A stretch of 64,000 nucleotides of DNA from Antedon mediterranea (Eukaryota > Animalia > Echinodermata): NCBI RefSeq assembly GCF_964355755.1, contig NC_092672.1, positions 25,612,437-25,676,436 of the forward strand. The letters are read 5' to 3'. The notes under the pieces were generated by a model. It did not search any database and was not told where the DNA came from. It saw nothing but the letters and a program-made list of their open reading frames with translations. This document shows, piece after piece, positions 38,101-48,780 of this stretch (position 1 is the first letter of the stretch; each line of letters opens with the position of its first letter). The position numbers were made by a program, and so were the translations under genes.

Positions 38101-39845
38101 ACGAGTCGCATAAAAGGGGGGTCTTTATCCATCATGCGAGAAATGGAGGGGAAAAAATGTTTGGGCCTTACTTTGTCGACGGCGCATGTTTAGAAAACAA
38201 AATTATTTTTGAATTTATGGGTTGTTTGTTCCACGGGTGCCAAGATTGTTATAGATCCGATTCCATTAACCCCTTCACTAACGAAACCATGTTGGAATGC
38301 TTTGTCAAGACAAGCAAGAAAACACGGTTTCTGAAGGAGCAATTTCCAGATTTTGATTACGTCGAAATTTGGGGACACGAATGGAAACGGATCAAACAAT
38401 CGCTGGCCCCTAACATTAAATCTATCGTCTCCAAAGTTCCTTTCATTAGGAAAACTTTGAATCCAAGAGACGCGTTTTTCGGTGGGAGGACTAATGCCAG
38501 TTGTTTGTTCTATAAGGTAAAACCGGGTGAAGAAATTAATTACATCGATTATACTTCCTTGTACCCTTATGTAAATAAATACGGTACCTACCCCGTAGGA
38601 CATCCTGAAATCGATGATCGCAAAGACATGTCCACAGATATCAACGAATATTTCGGTTTGATAAAGTGTACTATCGAAGCGCCTAAAAATTTATTCCATC
38701 CAGTCTTACCTTATAGATCACACGGTAAACTAATGTTTGCTCTCTGTAGAACATGCGTCGATTCTCAACAACAAACCGCTTGCAATCATTCTGGTACAGA
38801 TAGAGAATTTACAGGTTCTTGGGCAACGATCGAGGTCGCTAAAGCCGTGGAGGTTGGGTACGAGATACGTAAAGTTCACGTAGTATGGCACTTTAAAAAT
38901 AAAAGCGCGTACTCTGCAGATTCTCCCTCGTCCGGTCTATTTGCCTCTTACATTAACACATTTTTAAAATTGAAACAAGAAGCTTCGGGTTGGCCTGAAT
39001 GGTGTAAAACGCCCGAAGATAAACAAAAATATATTTCGGACTATCGAACCGTAGAAGGTATCGACTTGAATCATGACGACATTGCGTACAATCCTGGGCT
39101 TCGATCTCTGGCCAAATTAATGCTAAATAGTTTTTGGGGTAAATTTGGTCAGCGTGAAAATCTCACGAGAATTAAATATACGCAAGATCCTAACGAGGTT
39201 TACGATATTTTATCGAACCCACGGGTAGTCGTTCATGATCTAAATTTTGTTAATGATGATTTGGCTGAAATAAAATACGAAGACGAGGAACAATTTGTTG
39301 AAGTTAACCGAAAGGTTAACGTTGTCATTGCCGCATTTACCACTGCGCTAGCGCGTTTAAAATTATACGAGCTGTTGGAGAAATTACAGGAACGTGTCCT
39401 GTATTACGATACCGACAGCGTAATCTACGTGTCAAAACCCGGGGTGTGGGACCCTCCCCTGGGCGACTACTTGGGTCAGTTAACGACCGAGGTCGACCCT
39501 AAAGACGGTAAGTACATCGAGATCGAGTCCTTTGTTTCTGGGGGGGGGGGGGGGGGGGCTAAGAACTACGCCTATAAATTGGATACAGGGAAGACCGTTT
39601 GTAAAGTTAAAGGTTTTACCCTTAATTTTACAAACGCTCAGAAAATTAACTTTGACACCGTCTCCAATATGGTAAGAGGTATTGGTCCTAATACAATTAA
39701 GACAGTTGAGAAGAATCGCATAACGCGCAAGCCAAAAACACGTAAGATAGTCAACGAAACATCGACTAAAGACTATCGAATCGTGTACGATAAAAGAATT
39801 ATTATCGAAAATTATCGTACAGTTCCTTACGGTTATGTTTGGTAA
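35196..39845 (+). CDS. pPolB: Protein-primed DNA polymerase B (main ORF 35916/36006-39845; probable upstream exons 35196-35333, 35480-35590, 35740-35826)
   Basis: Exonuclease motifs FDFEC, AHNLQGYD, YCISDVDIL; polymerase motifs DYTSLYP, KLMLNSFWGKFGQ, YYDTDS, KNYAY; OTU-like CCARA...NHYDLI; nuclease-like insert VDG..FEFMGCLFHGC. Upstream exons are inferred from GT-AG and phase only. Confidence 0.95.
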
Positions 39846-39959
39846 ATCACTGCAATAAATTTCATCTCTTTTTCTTTTAAAATATAACTTACTTTTTTTT
39901 TTTATATATAAATAATTAATTGTTACTTTTTATGTAATTTCATGCACTCAATTTCCTTT

Positions 39960-40350
39960 ATAAATTCGTTTCCTTTTTTGTAGCTTAAGCAAAATATATT
40001 TGTAGTTTTAATGTAAATATTTTTATACATGTTTTTAATCAAATTTTCTTTTAATTTTGTTTATAAAGTCGGTACCGTTTCTCTGTTAGTAGATTAAGTA
40101 AATATATTTTGTAATTTTAATCTAAATATTTTTTACATTTGAATTCTTATGTCGTTACCGTTTCCTTTTTTGTAGTTTAAGCAAATTATATTTTAAGTTT
40201 TAATGTAAATATTTTTATACATTTTCAATTTTGTTTATAAAGTTTATAAAGTCGATACCGTTTCTATTTTTGTAGATAAAGTAAATATATTTTGTAATTT
40301 TAATTTAAATATTTTTTCCTTTTGAATTCTTATATCGTTACCGTTTCAAA
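39960..40350. repeat. AT-rich degenerate tandem repeat (~85-110 bp x4) inside the Polinton
   Basis: Recurrent CGTTTC..TTTGTAG..TAAG.AAATATATTTTGTAATTTTAAT.TAAATATTTTT. Confidence 0.75.
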
Positions 40351-40638
40351 TTTATTTTTGTAAATAATTATTTTCTTTATCATAATTTTGTTTTACGAGA
40401 AATAAATGTATACACCGTACTTGTTTATAATATTATATACTTGTCTGTTTCTTAACGTAGACGACGACGATGACGACGACAACAACAACAACCAAAGACA
40501 TGCGTAGTGTTGACTGTATTTTTATTTTATCCTATCCAATATAAATATTGTAATCTCTCCTCTTCCTTGTTTAAATATTTTATTTATCCAATGTCACCAA
40601 ACAGTTTGTTCCAGCAAGGCTATACAAATGCCTACTAG

Positions 40639-41142
40639 TCAGTCGATCAAGTACCATGCTCTGTTAATTCCTAGCTTCTTACTACACAGAACAAGTTCCT
40701 ATAAATAATAATAATAATAATAATAAATAAAAGATAATATAAAAAAACACTTAATTACTAAAATGAGAATAACAAGAAAAAGAAATTTACTTACCAAATC
40801 AATGTCGTTACAAAGTTTTAATAAAGAAAACTTTTCCTTCACAAATTCGCAGGATACGATTTCTAATTCTAAATCAGTATCACACTGCATCGCAACACGT
40901 GCGCACACTGAAATTCCTGTCACGAGTCTACCGACGTGTATATTTTGGTCTATCATCATTTCTTTCAACACACTATCCAACGTCTCCGTAGTAATGTCTT
41001 TACACAAGGCAATCAAACCATACTTTTTCTCCACCTCGTTACAAAGGCGAATAGTACTATAAAGGATTGGGGAGTCCCACACAACTACTCCCGTTAATTT
41101 ATATTCAATGTACGATAGAGTCAGTTTTTCCAAATCTGCCAT
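40639..41142 (-). CDS. Bcl-2-like protein (viral), probable intron 40699-40794
   Basis: BH4-like EKLTLSYIEYKL, BH3-like IRLCNEVEKKY, BH1-like EMMIDQNIHVGRLVTGISV; donor TTG|GTAAGT, acceptor TTTATAG|GAA; spliced 135 aa, unspliced 147 aa. Confidence 0.7.
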
Positions 41143-41373
41143 TTCTCTCTCTACTAGTATACAGACGCTAATGACGTTGGAATTGATTTTTTAGGTTTTG
41201 ATATACAATCATTTGTTAACGTAATTATCATTATTAAGCTCCTATTGGTTTATAATATCGGCCCTCTCTCTCTTTCATTAGTTGACAGTTTTTAAAATAG
41301 GGTGATGTGGATAAGGAACCCCCCTCGTTATAAAATACCGATATACAAAAGCTATGACTCATTGAAACTGAAG

Positions 41374-42011
41374 ATGACGTGTGTACTGGTAACCCCCTTC
41401 ACCGCCGTAATTAGCGGACCGACCTCATCGGGAAAATCATATTTCGTGAAGCAGTTATTGGAAAGTAATTATTTCGACAAGCCGTTCGATGACATCACGT
41501 GGTGTTATGGGGAATATCAGCCCCTTTTCACCGAACTGAGCGGGTCTATTAACAACATTCAATTTATAGAGGGGATACCTATGGATTCGATAGAAACGAT
41601 GGAACCGTCAAAAAACCATTTAGTAATCATCGATGATTTAATGACCGAGTGTAGCCGCGATAAAAGAGTAGTAAACATGTTTACAAAGGGATCGCATCAT
41701 AGAAACATTTCGGTTATATATTCATTATGCAAAACTTTTTTTACGGTTCTAAAGAAATCCGCACCATCACTTTAAACGCTCACTACATAATACTATTTAA
41801 AAACCCTCGGGATAAATCACAAATAGCTAATCTATCTAAACAAATGTACCCCGGTAAAGGACGTTTTTTACAGGAGGCTTTTGAAGACGCTACCCGCGTA
41901 CCGTACGGTTTTCTTTTAATCGATCTAAAAGCAAATACCCCTGAGGAAATGAGGGTTAGAAGTAACATATTTTCAAAAACCAATCACTTTGTTTACGTGC
42001 ATAGAATATAA
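41374..42011 (+). pseudogene. A32/FtsK-like packaging ATPase, frameshifted
   Basis: Walker A GPTSSGKS, Walker B VIIDDLM, SHHRNISVI(+TA)FIMQN, IRTITLNAHYIILFKNPRD; extra TA at ~41716-41720. Confidence 0.92.
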
Positions 42012-42060
42012 AACGCAGCCTGTACCGTTCTATTTATTCATTTACCTATTTACCAACATC

Positions 42061-42387
42061 ATGTCGAAACGTATCAAAAAGAACGCTGAAACTATTCGTT
42101 TCCTAGCCCACTGTTCACCGCGTCAAAGAAAAATTATCTTGGAAAACGCGGACGATCAACTGGTGACGGCTTTGTGCGAATGCGCAATGAACGTTTTAAA
42201 AGGTCGAGTGCAAGTATCCAACGCTCACAAGAAGAAGTTGGCTCGGTACAAGAAACACATGCGCGATATTACCAATAAAAGCATTTCGCCTCTCAAGAGA
42301 AAACGTTTACTTATTCAAAAGGGCGGCTTCCTCGGTCTTATATTACAACCGATTCTACAAACATTGGGTAGTTTACTTTTGAAATAA
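42061..42387 (+). CDS. Conserved small basic Polinton protein (GasderminX-type putative core/membrane-active protein)
   Basis: LCECAMNVLKG, basic middle, QKGGF cleavage-type motif, C-terminal amphipathic FLGLILQPILQTLGSLL; position directly after the ATPase. Confidence 0.7.
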   Translation: MSKRIKKNAETIRFLAHCSPRQRKIILENADDQLVTALCECAMNVLKGRVQVSNAHKKKLARYKKHMRDITNKSISPLKRKRLLIQKGGFLGLILQPILQTLGSLLLK

Positions 42388-43161
42388 TGCAGCACACCAA
42401 GAAAATGGTATTGATACCCCAAGAACTGGCAAATACGGCTCTGTACAGTAAACGTTACGAGAAAAATCACGAGACAATCACTTCTGGTTTAGATAATTCT
42501 ATGAAGGGTATACTCGAAAGGGATGACTTGCACGATTACGATAAAATTACCATGTACAATCAAGTACTTCAACGATATTTAAATAAAGAGAAACCTGTAA
42601 ATAACCCTTCACCTATGAGCTTGAACGTACAACAAACGGGGAACGTTGAAATAAACGAAAATGGCGCAGAATCTAAAGAAGATTATACGGACTCTATATC
42701 TAAAGAAATACTACAAAGTATGCCCTCATCGTTGAAATCCAAAACAAAAACATTTCTGGACCGACTAGACCGTTACCGGAAGATGGGAGTAATTGATTGG
42801 TCAAGATACGGTGAACTACTAATCGAAGGACAAATGGTAAAGGGGAGTAATTTACTCGATTTGACAAAAGATATAATACAAGAAAAGAAAGGATTTGAAC
42901 CTATAGGCTGGAGGGATTTTATAACGGTATTGATTGGCGAAATTGAACACCCCAGAAAGTTTGATTGGAAATCCGACGAGACGTCGTACCTTACAAAGAA
43001 TTAAATCGAGCGGTACACCTCCTCACGCACTACCTAAACGAAAGAATGAGGAGGATTATGACCTCGATGACGATGATGATGAGGATGAAAAACTTACCTT
43101 TCGAGCGCCTGCCAAGAGGCGTTCAACTAGACAACCTAAACCTAAATGGTTAAATTTTTAA
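42387..43161 (+). pseudogene. PZ-like conserved Polinton protein, frameshifted
   Basis: KKMVLIP, K..MYNQVLQRYL, W...GEL.I.G..VKGSNLLDL, PIGW..F; an ATTG duplication at 42929-42936 splits it from AKLNTPESLIGN. Confidence 0.75.
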
Positions 43162-43295
43162 AAAACATTAATCTTTATGTACTATAATGAGGAAAGGAAT
43201 TGAATAAAAAAGAAATAAACTCGAATTAGTTGTTGTAGTCACTCGATAAATAACACGTCCAAAACATATCCATTTTAAAAAACAATTTTTATTTA

Positions 43296-43820
43296 CTACG
43301 CATTCAATAACATTTTGACAAATTGTACTTTAATATATTCACTATCGTATACGGGTAAGTTAACATCGTATCGATGTTTTACAAAATCATTGACGAACCA
43401 ATCATTGGATGGTTTATCTTTACCAAACATATTTACTATCGTGGACGTATCCACTCTTCTACATTTATGAAGAATATAAAAAATACAATACTGTCCGCAT
43501 ACCGTAGACAAGGGCGCTTGTAACGCTTTATCGTTAAATGTCCAACTTTCTACAGAGTTATCGAGAAAATTAACAAAATGATTACTATAGTAATTTGGGG
43601 GGTTCCCAAAAGAATCGAAAAATTCACCTTTGTTTAAGTTGTTAAAAAAGAAAGCTACCCAATGCGAACCGTTTTGATCGCTAGGCTCAACGTTTGCTAT
43701 GTAAGCTCTAGGATATCCCGTATGCCCTAAAGGTAACAAGTCAGACGGGTACACCCCTCGAAAGTATCCACTAGCCAACGGATCTGATTTAATTAACCTC
43801 AATAGTTGTATCGTGTTCAT
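43296..43820 (-). CDS. Adenain-like cysteine protease
   Basis: GSHWVAF, EFFDSFG, LQ...STVCGQYC: His-Asp-Gln-Cys catalytic set intact. Confidence 0.93.
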   Translation of the reverse strand: MNTIQLLRLIKSDPLASGYFRGVYPSDLLPLGHTGYPRAYIANVEPSDQNGSHWVAFFFNNLNKGEFFDSFGNPPNYYSNHFVNFLDNSVESWTFNDKALQAPLSTVCGQYCIFYILHKCRRVDTSTIVNMFGKDKPSNDWFVNDFVKHRYDVNLPVYDSEYIKVQFVKMLLNA

Positions 43821-43822
43821 AA

Positions 43823-45145
43823 TTAAAAATCTATAATTACGTTACGAGACTTGTCAATTTCTATGATTGAATCAAATTCTGAATAAACTAAAATGTTGAT
43901 GGTCTCGGTCAAAGCCGTAGAAAACTGAATTTCTAAACGTATATTTCCCTGCCGAATTAGATTAAAATGTCCGGCATTTGCCAAATCGGGAGTCAGGTCA
44001 AAAGCAAACAACGAATAGCCTTTAGGATAATCGTCTCTAGAAATCTGATTTCCGGTATCCTGGAACAACGTGTTAGAACCCGAAAATAGACTCTGATACG
44101 CCAGCATGTAGTTGCCTCCGTCTTCGAACTTTGGTTTTAACGGTTTCCACGGTACTTGCTCACCGTCAATATATAGAGCCAGGAAATTGGTGTTGAAATG
44201 TTGAAAATTGTAGGGGTTCTTCTCGTAGCTACCGTTGAATGCTTCGGTGGTCACCAGTCCTACAACCAGGCGTTTCGGTAGATTACCGTTGTACAGCGAT
44301 TCCCTCGTAAACGATAGATTCCCGCGCGGTATAGTTAATGTCTTGACCTCAACGCGACGCAGCGGGTATTTGGCCGGACCGCGTTCCAGAGCTTTTGCGT
44401 GGGCTAGCGCGATAGACGGGTTCAGGCGGACCTTGCGAACAAACAAGGACGCGTCTTCCAGGCGGATCTTAAAACCGGCCGCGGCATCTGAAGACATGAG
44501 ACTAAATGCGTTTTTACTTCGATGCAGTTTAATTTTGACATCTACACCGTTGAGCATCATTCGATCTTGGAAAAATATATCGCAATGAATAGGTCCAATC
44601 AAGTCGACAAAACGACTACCACCAATGTATTGAGCCCGTTTTTTAAGACCTTTATTCACCGCATTTTCGGCTAGCGTAGGGTCAGCTACATCCATTTTAC
44701 CTGCCGTGTCTTTATGAAACAACCCACCCGTGAGGTGTGTATTCTTGGCATCGGATCCATAAGTCAGTAATGTTTCAATTAATGCCCTATACGAATAAGT
44801 ATTTGTCGAAGGGGTAATCAATCTCTCGTTCAAAGAAACGTCAACTTCGCTAAACAATGATTGCAAAAGTAAATTGGCAGGGCCTACCGGATCGGCGAGC
44901 TGGAGATCGGTTCCGTCTTGTTTAGTAATTTTTAGTTTAACATTAAGCATCGTCTGCGACAAATCCATGTATTCCTCGCTAGACCCTTGTGTGTTGAATT
45001 GCAAGGGGCCCACGTCGGTGATGCTGTTGAAAGGGTGATATTGCACCCATTGTCCTTTGGTTATACTAGTCTGTGTTGGTGGTACAGAAAACAAGTCCAA
45101 TTCCGATTTTAAACACTCGCACGAGTGATTGTGTACAAAAGCCAT
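43823..45145 (-). CDS. Double jelly-roll major capsid protein
   Basis: 440-aa intact ORF; KSELDLF..PPTQ, SLFSEVDVSLN, Y.YRALIETLL, LPKRLVVGLV...AFNG...NPYNFQHF, GYSLFAFDLTPD. Confidence 0.93.
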   Translation of the reverse strand: MAFVHNHSCECLKSELDLFSVPPTQTSITKGQWVQYHPFNSITDVGPLQFNTQGSSEEYMDLSQTMLNVKLKITKQDGTDLQLADPVGPANLLLQSLFSEVDVSLNERLITPSTNTYSYRALIETLLTYGSDAKNTHLTGGLFHKDTAGKMDVADPTLAENAVNKGLKKRAQYIGGSRFVDLIGPIHCDIFFQDRMMLNGVDVKIKLHRSKNAFSLMSSDAAAGFKIRLEDASLFVRKVRLNPSIALAHAKALERGPAKYPLRRVEVKTLTIPRGNLSFTRESLYNGNLPKRLVVGLVTTEAFNGSYEKNPYNFQHFNTNFLALYIDGEQVPWKPLKPKFEDGGNYMLAYQSLFSGSNTLFQDTGNQISRDDYPKGYSLFAFDLTPDLANAGHFNLIRQGNIRLEIQFSTALTETINILVYSEFDSIIEIDKSRNVIIDF

Positions 45146-45148
45146 TTT

Positions 45149-45535
45149 TTAGATATCGAATATATCGGAGGATCTTCTTACTCTCTTTGCGTTCGATCGA
45201 CTGATGCCTTTACGCTTACGTTTTCTCTTTTTATTCACCCTACCGTTACCATTTTGGGAAACGATACGTTGACCCGCCTGAGTAAATCTGCGTTTTGCAG
45301 CTTGTTTAACGTTTTTACCGCTCAGAACATCTCCCACTAATTCGCCACCCGTGCGCAATGCTTGTTTTCCGAGAGCCTTTGCACCTTTCTTTAGCAGCGG
45401 TACAGCCTGTTTAAAGAGACCGGACAAGATACCTCCCAACCCGAACCCTCTTTGATTGTACGACCCTTGGAACACCGGTATATCGATACCTCCAGCCTGT
45501 CTGACGTAGTAATCTTCGTAATCATCTACCCCCAT
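45149..45535 (-). CDS. PW/cupiennin-like basic amphipathic virion protein
   Basis: YY.RQAGG, QRGFGLGGILSGLFK..VPLLKKGAKALGKQAL, QNGNG then a K/R-rich tail ending DIF. Confidence 0.8.
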   Translation of the reverse strand: MGVDDYEDYYVRQAGGIDIPVFQGSYNQRGFGLGGILSGLFKQAVPLLKKGAKALGKQALRTGGELVGDVLSGKNVKQAAKRRFTQAGQRIVSQNGNGRVNKKRKRKRKGISRSNAKRVRRSSDIFDI

Positions 45536-45559
45536 CTTTATTTATTTGTTGTTGTTTTT

Positions 45560-46340
45560 TTAAACGAGGTACGACGATCTGGCCTGTCTGAAATGTAGTT
45601 TAGCGAGAACCCTTCCTCGTTGAAATGATACCTTTTCTCCCGTGTCGTTTCTTATATCTATAAGGATGGTATCGATATCTTTTTTCACCACCCTTTTGTA
45701 TTGCGGACTAGCAAACGTATGTCCGACATTTTTCTTCATGTTTGATTCTCTGGTTTGTAGCGCTTTCAAAATAGGGACGCTCGCATCTCCAACTCGTTGA
45801 GATTCGATTATATCGGTGTACAAAAACAACGTCGGCACTCTGTGATGAATGTACGCGGGTCTAGAACCGTGTGTAATAGATCCTCGGGGAATCGATGATT
45901 CGTCCATACCGAGTAATATGGGTAATCCATTTAATAGCGTAACTGATGCTTCTTTGGCGGTTTCCACGTTAATCACTTCTTTAATTGAGCTGAACCGAAA
46001 TCTCACTTTGGACTGTAACGACTTTGAAACTAAAACCTCGTTAAGAGCATCAATCACTTTACCTCCGGTTGAATAAAACCCTGGGCTATAGCTATTTCGA
46101 TCGACGAGTCTTCTTCTTCTAATTCGTTATCTCTTATATTCACCAGCAATTTATTGTTGGTATCGTCGACGTTATACCACGTGTGGGGATAATAAATTTC
46201 ACTTAGCCTAAACCAACCTCCCATTCACCGTACAAATGAATAGGCTCCGCCAGCTTGGTCGTGTATCTCGTAAGAGTATTTTCGGGAAAACAGTTCATGG
46301 AACTGTTGCTAGGTAAGAGGACGTAAAACTGAGCCGTCAT
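45560..46340 (-). pseudogene. Minor capsid (penton) protein, two frameshifts
   Basis: FYVLLPSNSS...FPENT, L.GEWEVGL/SEIYYP.TW, PGFY, LFLYTDIIE...VGD, IDIRNDTGE...LHFR; 5-nt insertions at ~46204-46209 and ~46086-46091. Confidence 0.88.
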
Positions 46341-46345
46341 GATGT

Positions 46346-47404
46346 TTACCGGGCAATATTCTGAACCCAACTGTTGAACTTGGCCGGATAACCTAACCAC
46401 TTAACGAAATATTCCGTTTTCCCTCCTCGTTTTCTTTTCTTTATTACTTCTTCCACGCGATACGTATCCTTGTCGCTTTTGGATACTTTTTGCAATTCCT
46501 TTTCGTAAAAAGTACCTTCTATGATTTCGCCGTCCCAATCCTCCAGTTTATATGTGGGAACGGTCGAACCGGTACGCTTACGTATCCTAAATATCTCCTC
46601 CGTCCAGTTTGCCAGGTAACCTTTCTCGAAAGGCATTTTGTATCTACTTATTCGCACTTTATTACCCTCTTTGAACTTGGGCCGAACTTGTTTCTTTTGC
46701 TTCATTTTATACAGATTTTCCCAAACTTCATGTACGTTATCTTTTGTAACCTGTGAGGGCGCCATACCGATTGATCTGTGTTTAGAATTATTGTAACTCG
46801 ATACCAATTTTGGAAGTACGTCTATATATTTTCGCGTAGCTTTTGATGTAAAGTATCTCCACATCCTAGTTTTCAACGATCTATTGAATCTTTCCACGAC
46901 GCTAGCTTTTGTTTCGTTATTGGTAGTGAAAAAATGTATATTCAACGATTTTAGGAGCGCTTGAACTTTACGATTAGTAAACTCTGTACCTTTATCAGTG
47001 TGAATTTTTAATGGCTTTCTTTTTCCAGATAATAGTTTTTTCATAGCAGTAAGCATAGAATCGGCAGACTTATTCTTTATAGGTAAAACCCATGCATATT
47101 TACTAAGTACGTCTATACACGTAATAAGAAACGTGTTTTGTTTATTATACTTTTTTAAAGAAGACAAGTCAACGAGATCCAATTCCCACTGCTCGTCAAT
47201 AGCTGTAACAAACACCCTGTTTCTCTGAAAACGTCTTTGAATAGGTTTATGAAGAGTGTACGTATCTTGTTTTTCTAACCAGTCTTGAACGTCAGTCTTT
47301 GAAATATTAGAGTCATTTTTCACGTTTGTATAAAGTCGATCGACACCCCCGAAACTACCAGGGTTTTTTGGGTCGTAGTACGTAGAACTTAATAGTCTGT
47401 CCAT
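46346..47404 (-). CDS. Retroviral-type DDE integrase with C-terminal chromodomain
   Basis: YYDP..PGSFGG, WELDLVD, HTDKGTEF, VVERFNRSLK; C-terminal YRVEEVIK.RK...EYFVKWLGYP..FNSWV; intact. Confidence 0.96.
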   Translation of the reverse strand: MDRLLSSTYYDPKNPGSFGGVDRLYTNVKNDSNISKTDVQDWLEKQDTYTLHKPIQRRFQRNRVFVTAIDEQWELDLVDLSSLKKYNKQNTFLITCIDVLSKYAWVLPIKNKSADSMLTAMKKLLSGKRKPLKIHTDKGTEFTNRKVQALLKSLNIHFFTTNNETKASVVERFNRSLKTRMWRYFTSKATRKYIDVLPKLVSSYNNSKHRSIGMAPSQVTKDNVHEVWENLYKMKQKKQVRPKFKEGNKVRISRYKMPFEKGYLANWTEEIFRIRKRTGSTVPTYKLEDWDGEIIEGTFYEKELQKVSKSDKDTYRVEEVIKKRKRGGKTEYFVKWLGYPAKFNSWVQNIAR

Positions 47405-47707
47405 AACTCTCTCACTCGTTGAAATGAAACACTCACACATAAAACATTACTTAAAAAAAAAAAAGAACAACAACATTTTTTTGTAAATTATCAAACAATA
47501 TTTTTTATTAACACAACGCACGAATCAAATATAGTACAATTGGAAATATAGTTTACATACATTCGGAATACAAATACTTTTAAAAATAATTGCAAGTAAA
47601 TTGTACGTGAAAGTAATTAGATTAATCGTGAAAATAAAAGAATACAAATAAATTGTAAATGACGTCGGTAAACAAATAATTTGATTTAGAGTTCATTGTT
47701 AAGAAAG

Positions 47708-48524
47708 TTATTTCAACATTGATGTAGACCTGCGTCCTCCGTTATCGTTTTCGTCACCACCACCATCGACGGTAACCGCATTATCAACCTCTTCAATCAT
47801 CTTTTGTATTTCGCCGTGTTGTTCGATTAACTTGTACCATTGTTTCTTTGGAAGGTTTATACCTTTTTTGCCGGGCTTAAACTCGCCTCCTTCTTCTGCC
47901 TGGTAACAACGGCGAATACATACAAACTGCTCTTCTTTCCAGTTACTAACTACCACATGTATTATAGGTGTGTCCGAAAGAGGGATTCTTACTGCCTCCC
48001 ACCAAGTTAATGTCTCTTTGCAAATCGTCTAGGGCTTGAAGAATTAAATCAATATTGGTAAAAAATTTTTGCCACAACAGAACGGGTAAATTAATACCTA
48101 CAGGCCCAGGTTTGAAGGCACCATTTTCTTCCGTTTGATAAAATTCTCTGAGGCAAACATAAACAACTTCACCCCAGCGCTGGGCCACTACATGGCGTTT
48201 TTCAGACAGAAAAATCCTGTTTGTTGAGGTTATTGTAACTTTTGGTTCAGCACCGGTCATTTCGGCATAATCCTTGGCGCTCATTCCTGAGGCAGAGTGA
48301 AATGTTTTTTTACTTGTTGACGGCTTCGTTGCTTTACTCAAATCGTTAGATTGACCGTTGAAAAATTTTCTAGGATCCAATAATTTCGAGGAGTTAGAAG
48401 TCATCGTTGGTACTTTAAAACTGCTACACTCGTCAGATTTAGAGCTTCCCATAACTCTTTTCATAGTCCTACGAGCCTTCTCACCAATTGCTAATTTTGG
48501 AGCAGGTACGTTTTTGAAACTCAT
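47708..48524 (-). CDS. Tandem PC4/Sub1-type ssDNA-binding domain protein, split across two frames
   Basis: Domain 1 VCLREFYQTEENGAFKPGPVGINLP..W; domain 2 VCIRRCYQAEEGGEFKPGKKGINLPKKQW; compare PC4 IDIREYW....GEMKPGRKGISL...QW. Confidence 0.85.
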
Positions 48525-48780
48525 GTTGAGCGATTGTATGTAGAGTGAGGTACAGAGAGAGTAAAACGAATGATGGTTGATAGTTCTGAATGATTTCGTT
48601 TGAATCAGCTCCGATATATATACAGTTGAGTACGGAAGTACCTTTTTAAAAGTAATTAGCCTAAAGCGTTGTTAATAGTTTTTCCTATCAATTGTCTCCC
48701 TACAACGCATGCGGATTAAAGCATTGTTAATTGTTTGTTTTCCGGTCAATCGTTTTTCCGTGGCACGTGCGAAACACGTT

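Noticed and set aside
44235-46756. Plus-strand ORFs overlapping capsid and integrase genes
   Set aside because: Antisense shadows of real minus-strand genes, with no recognisable motifs
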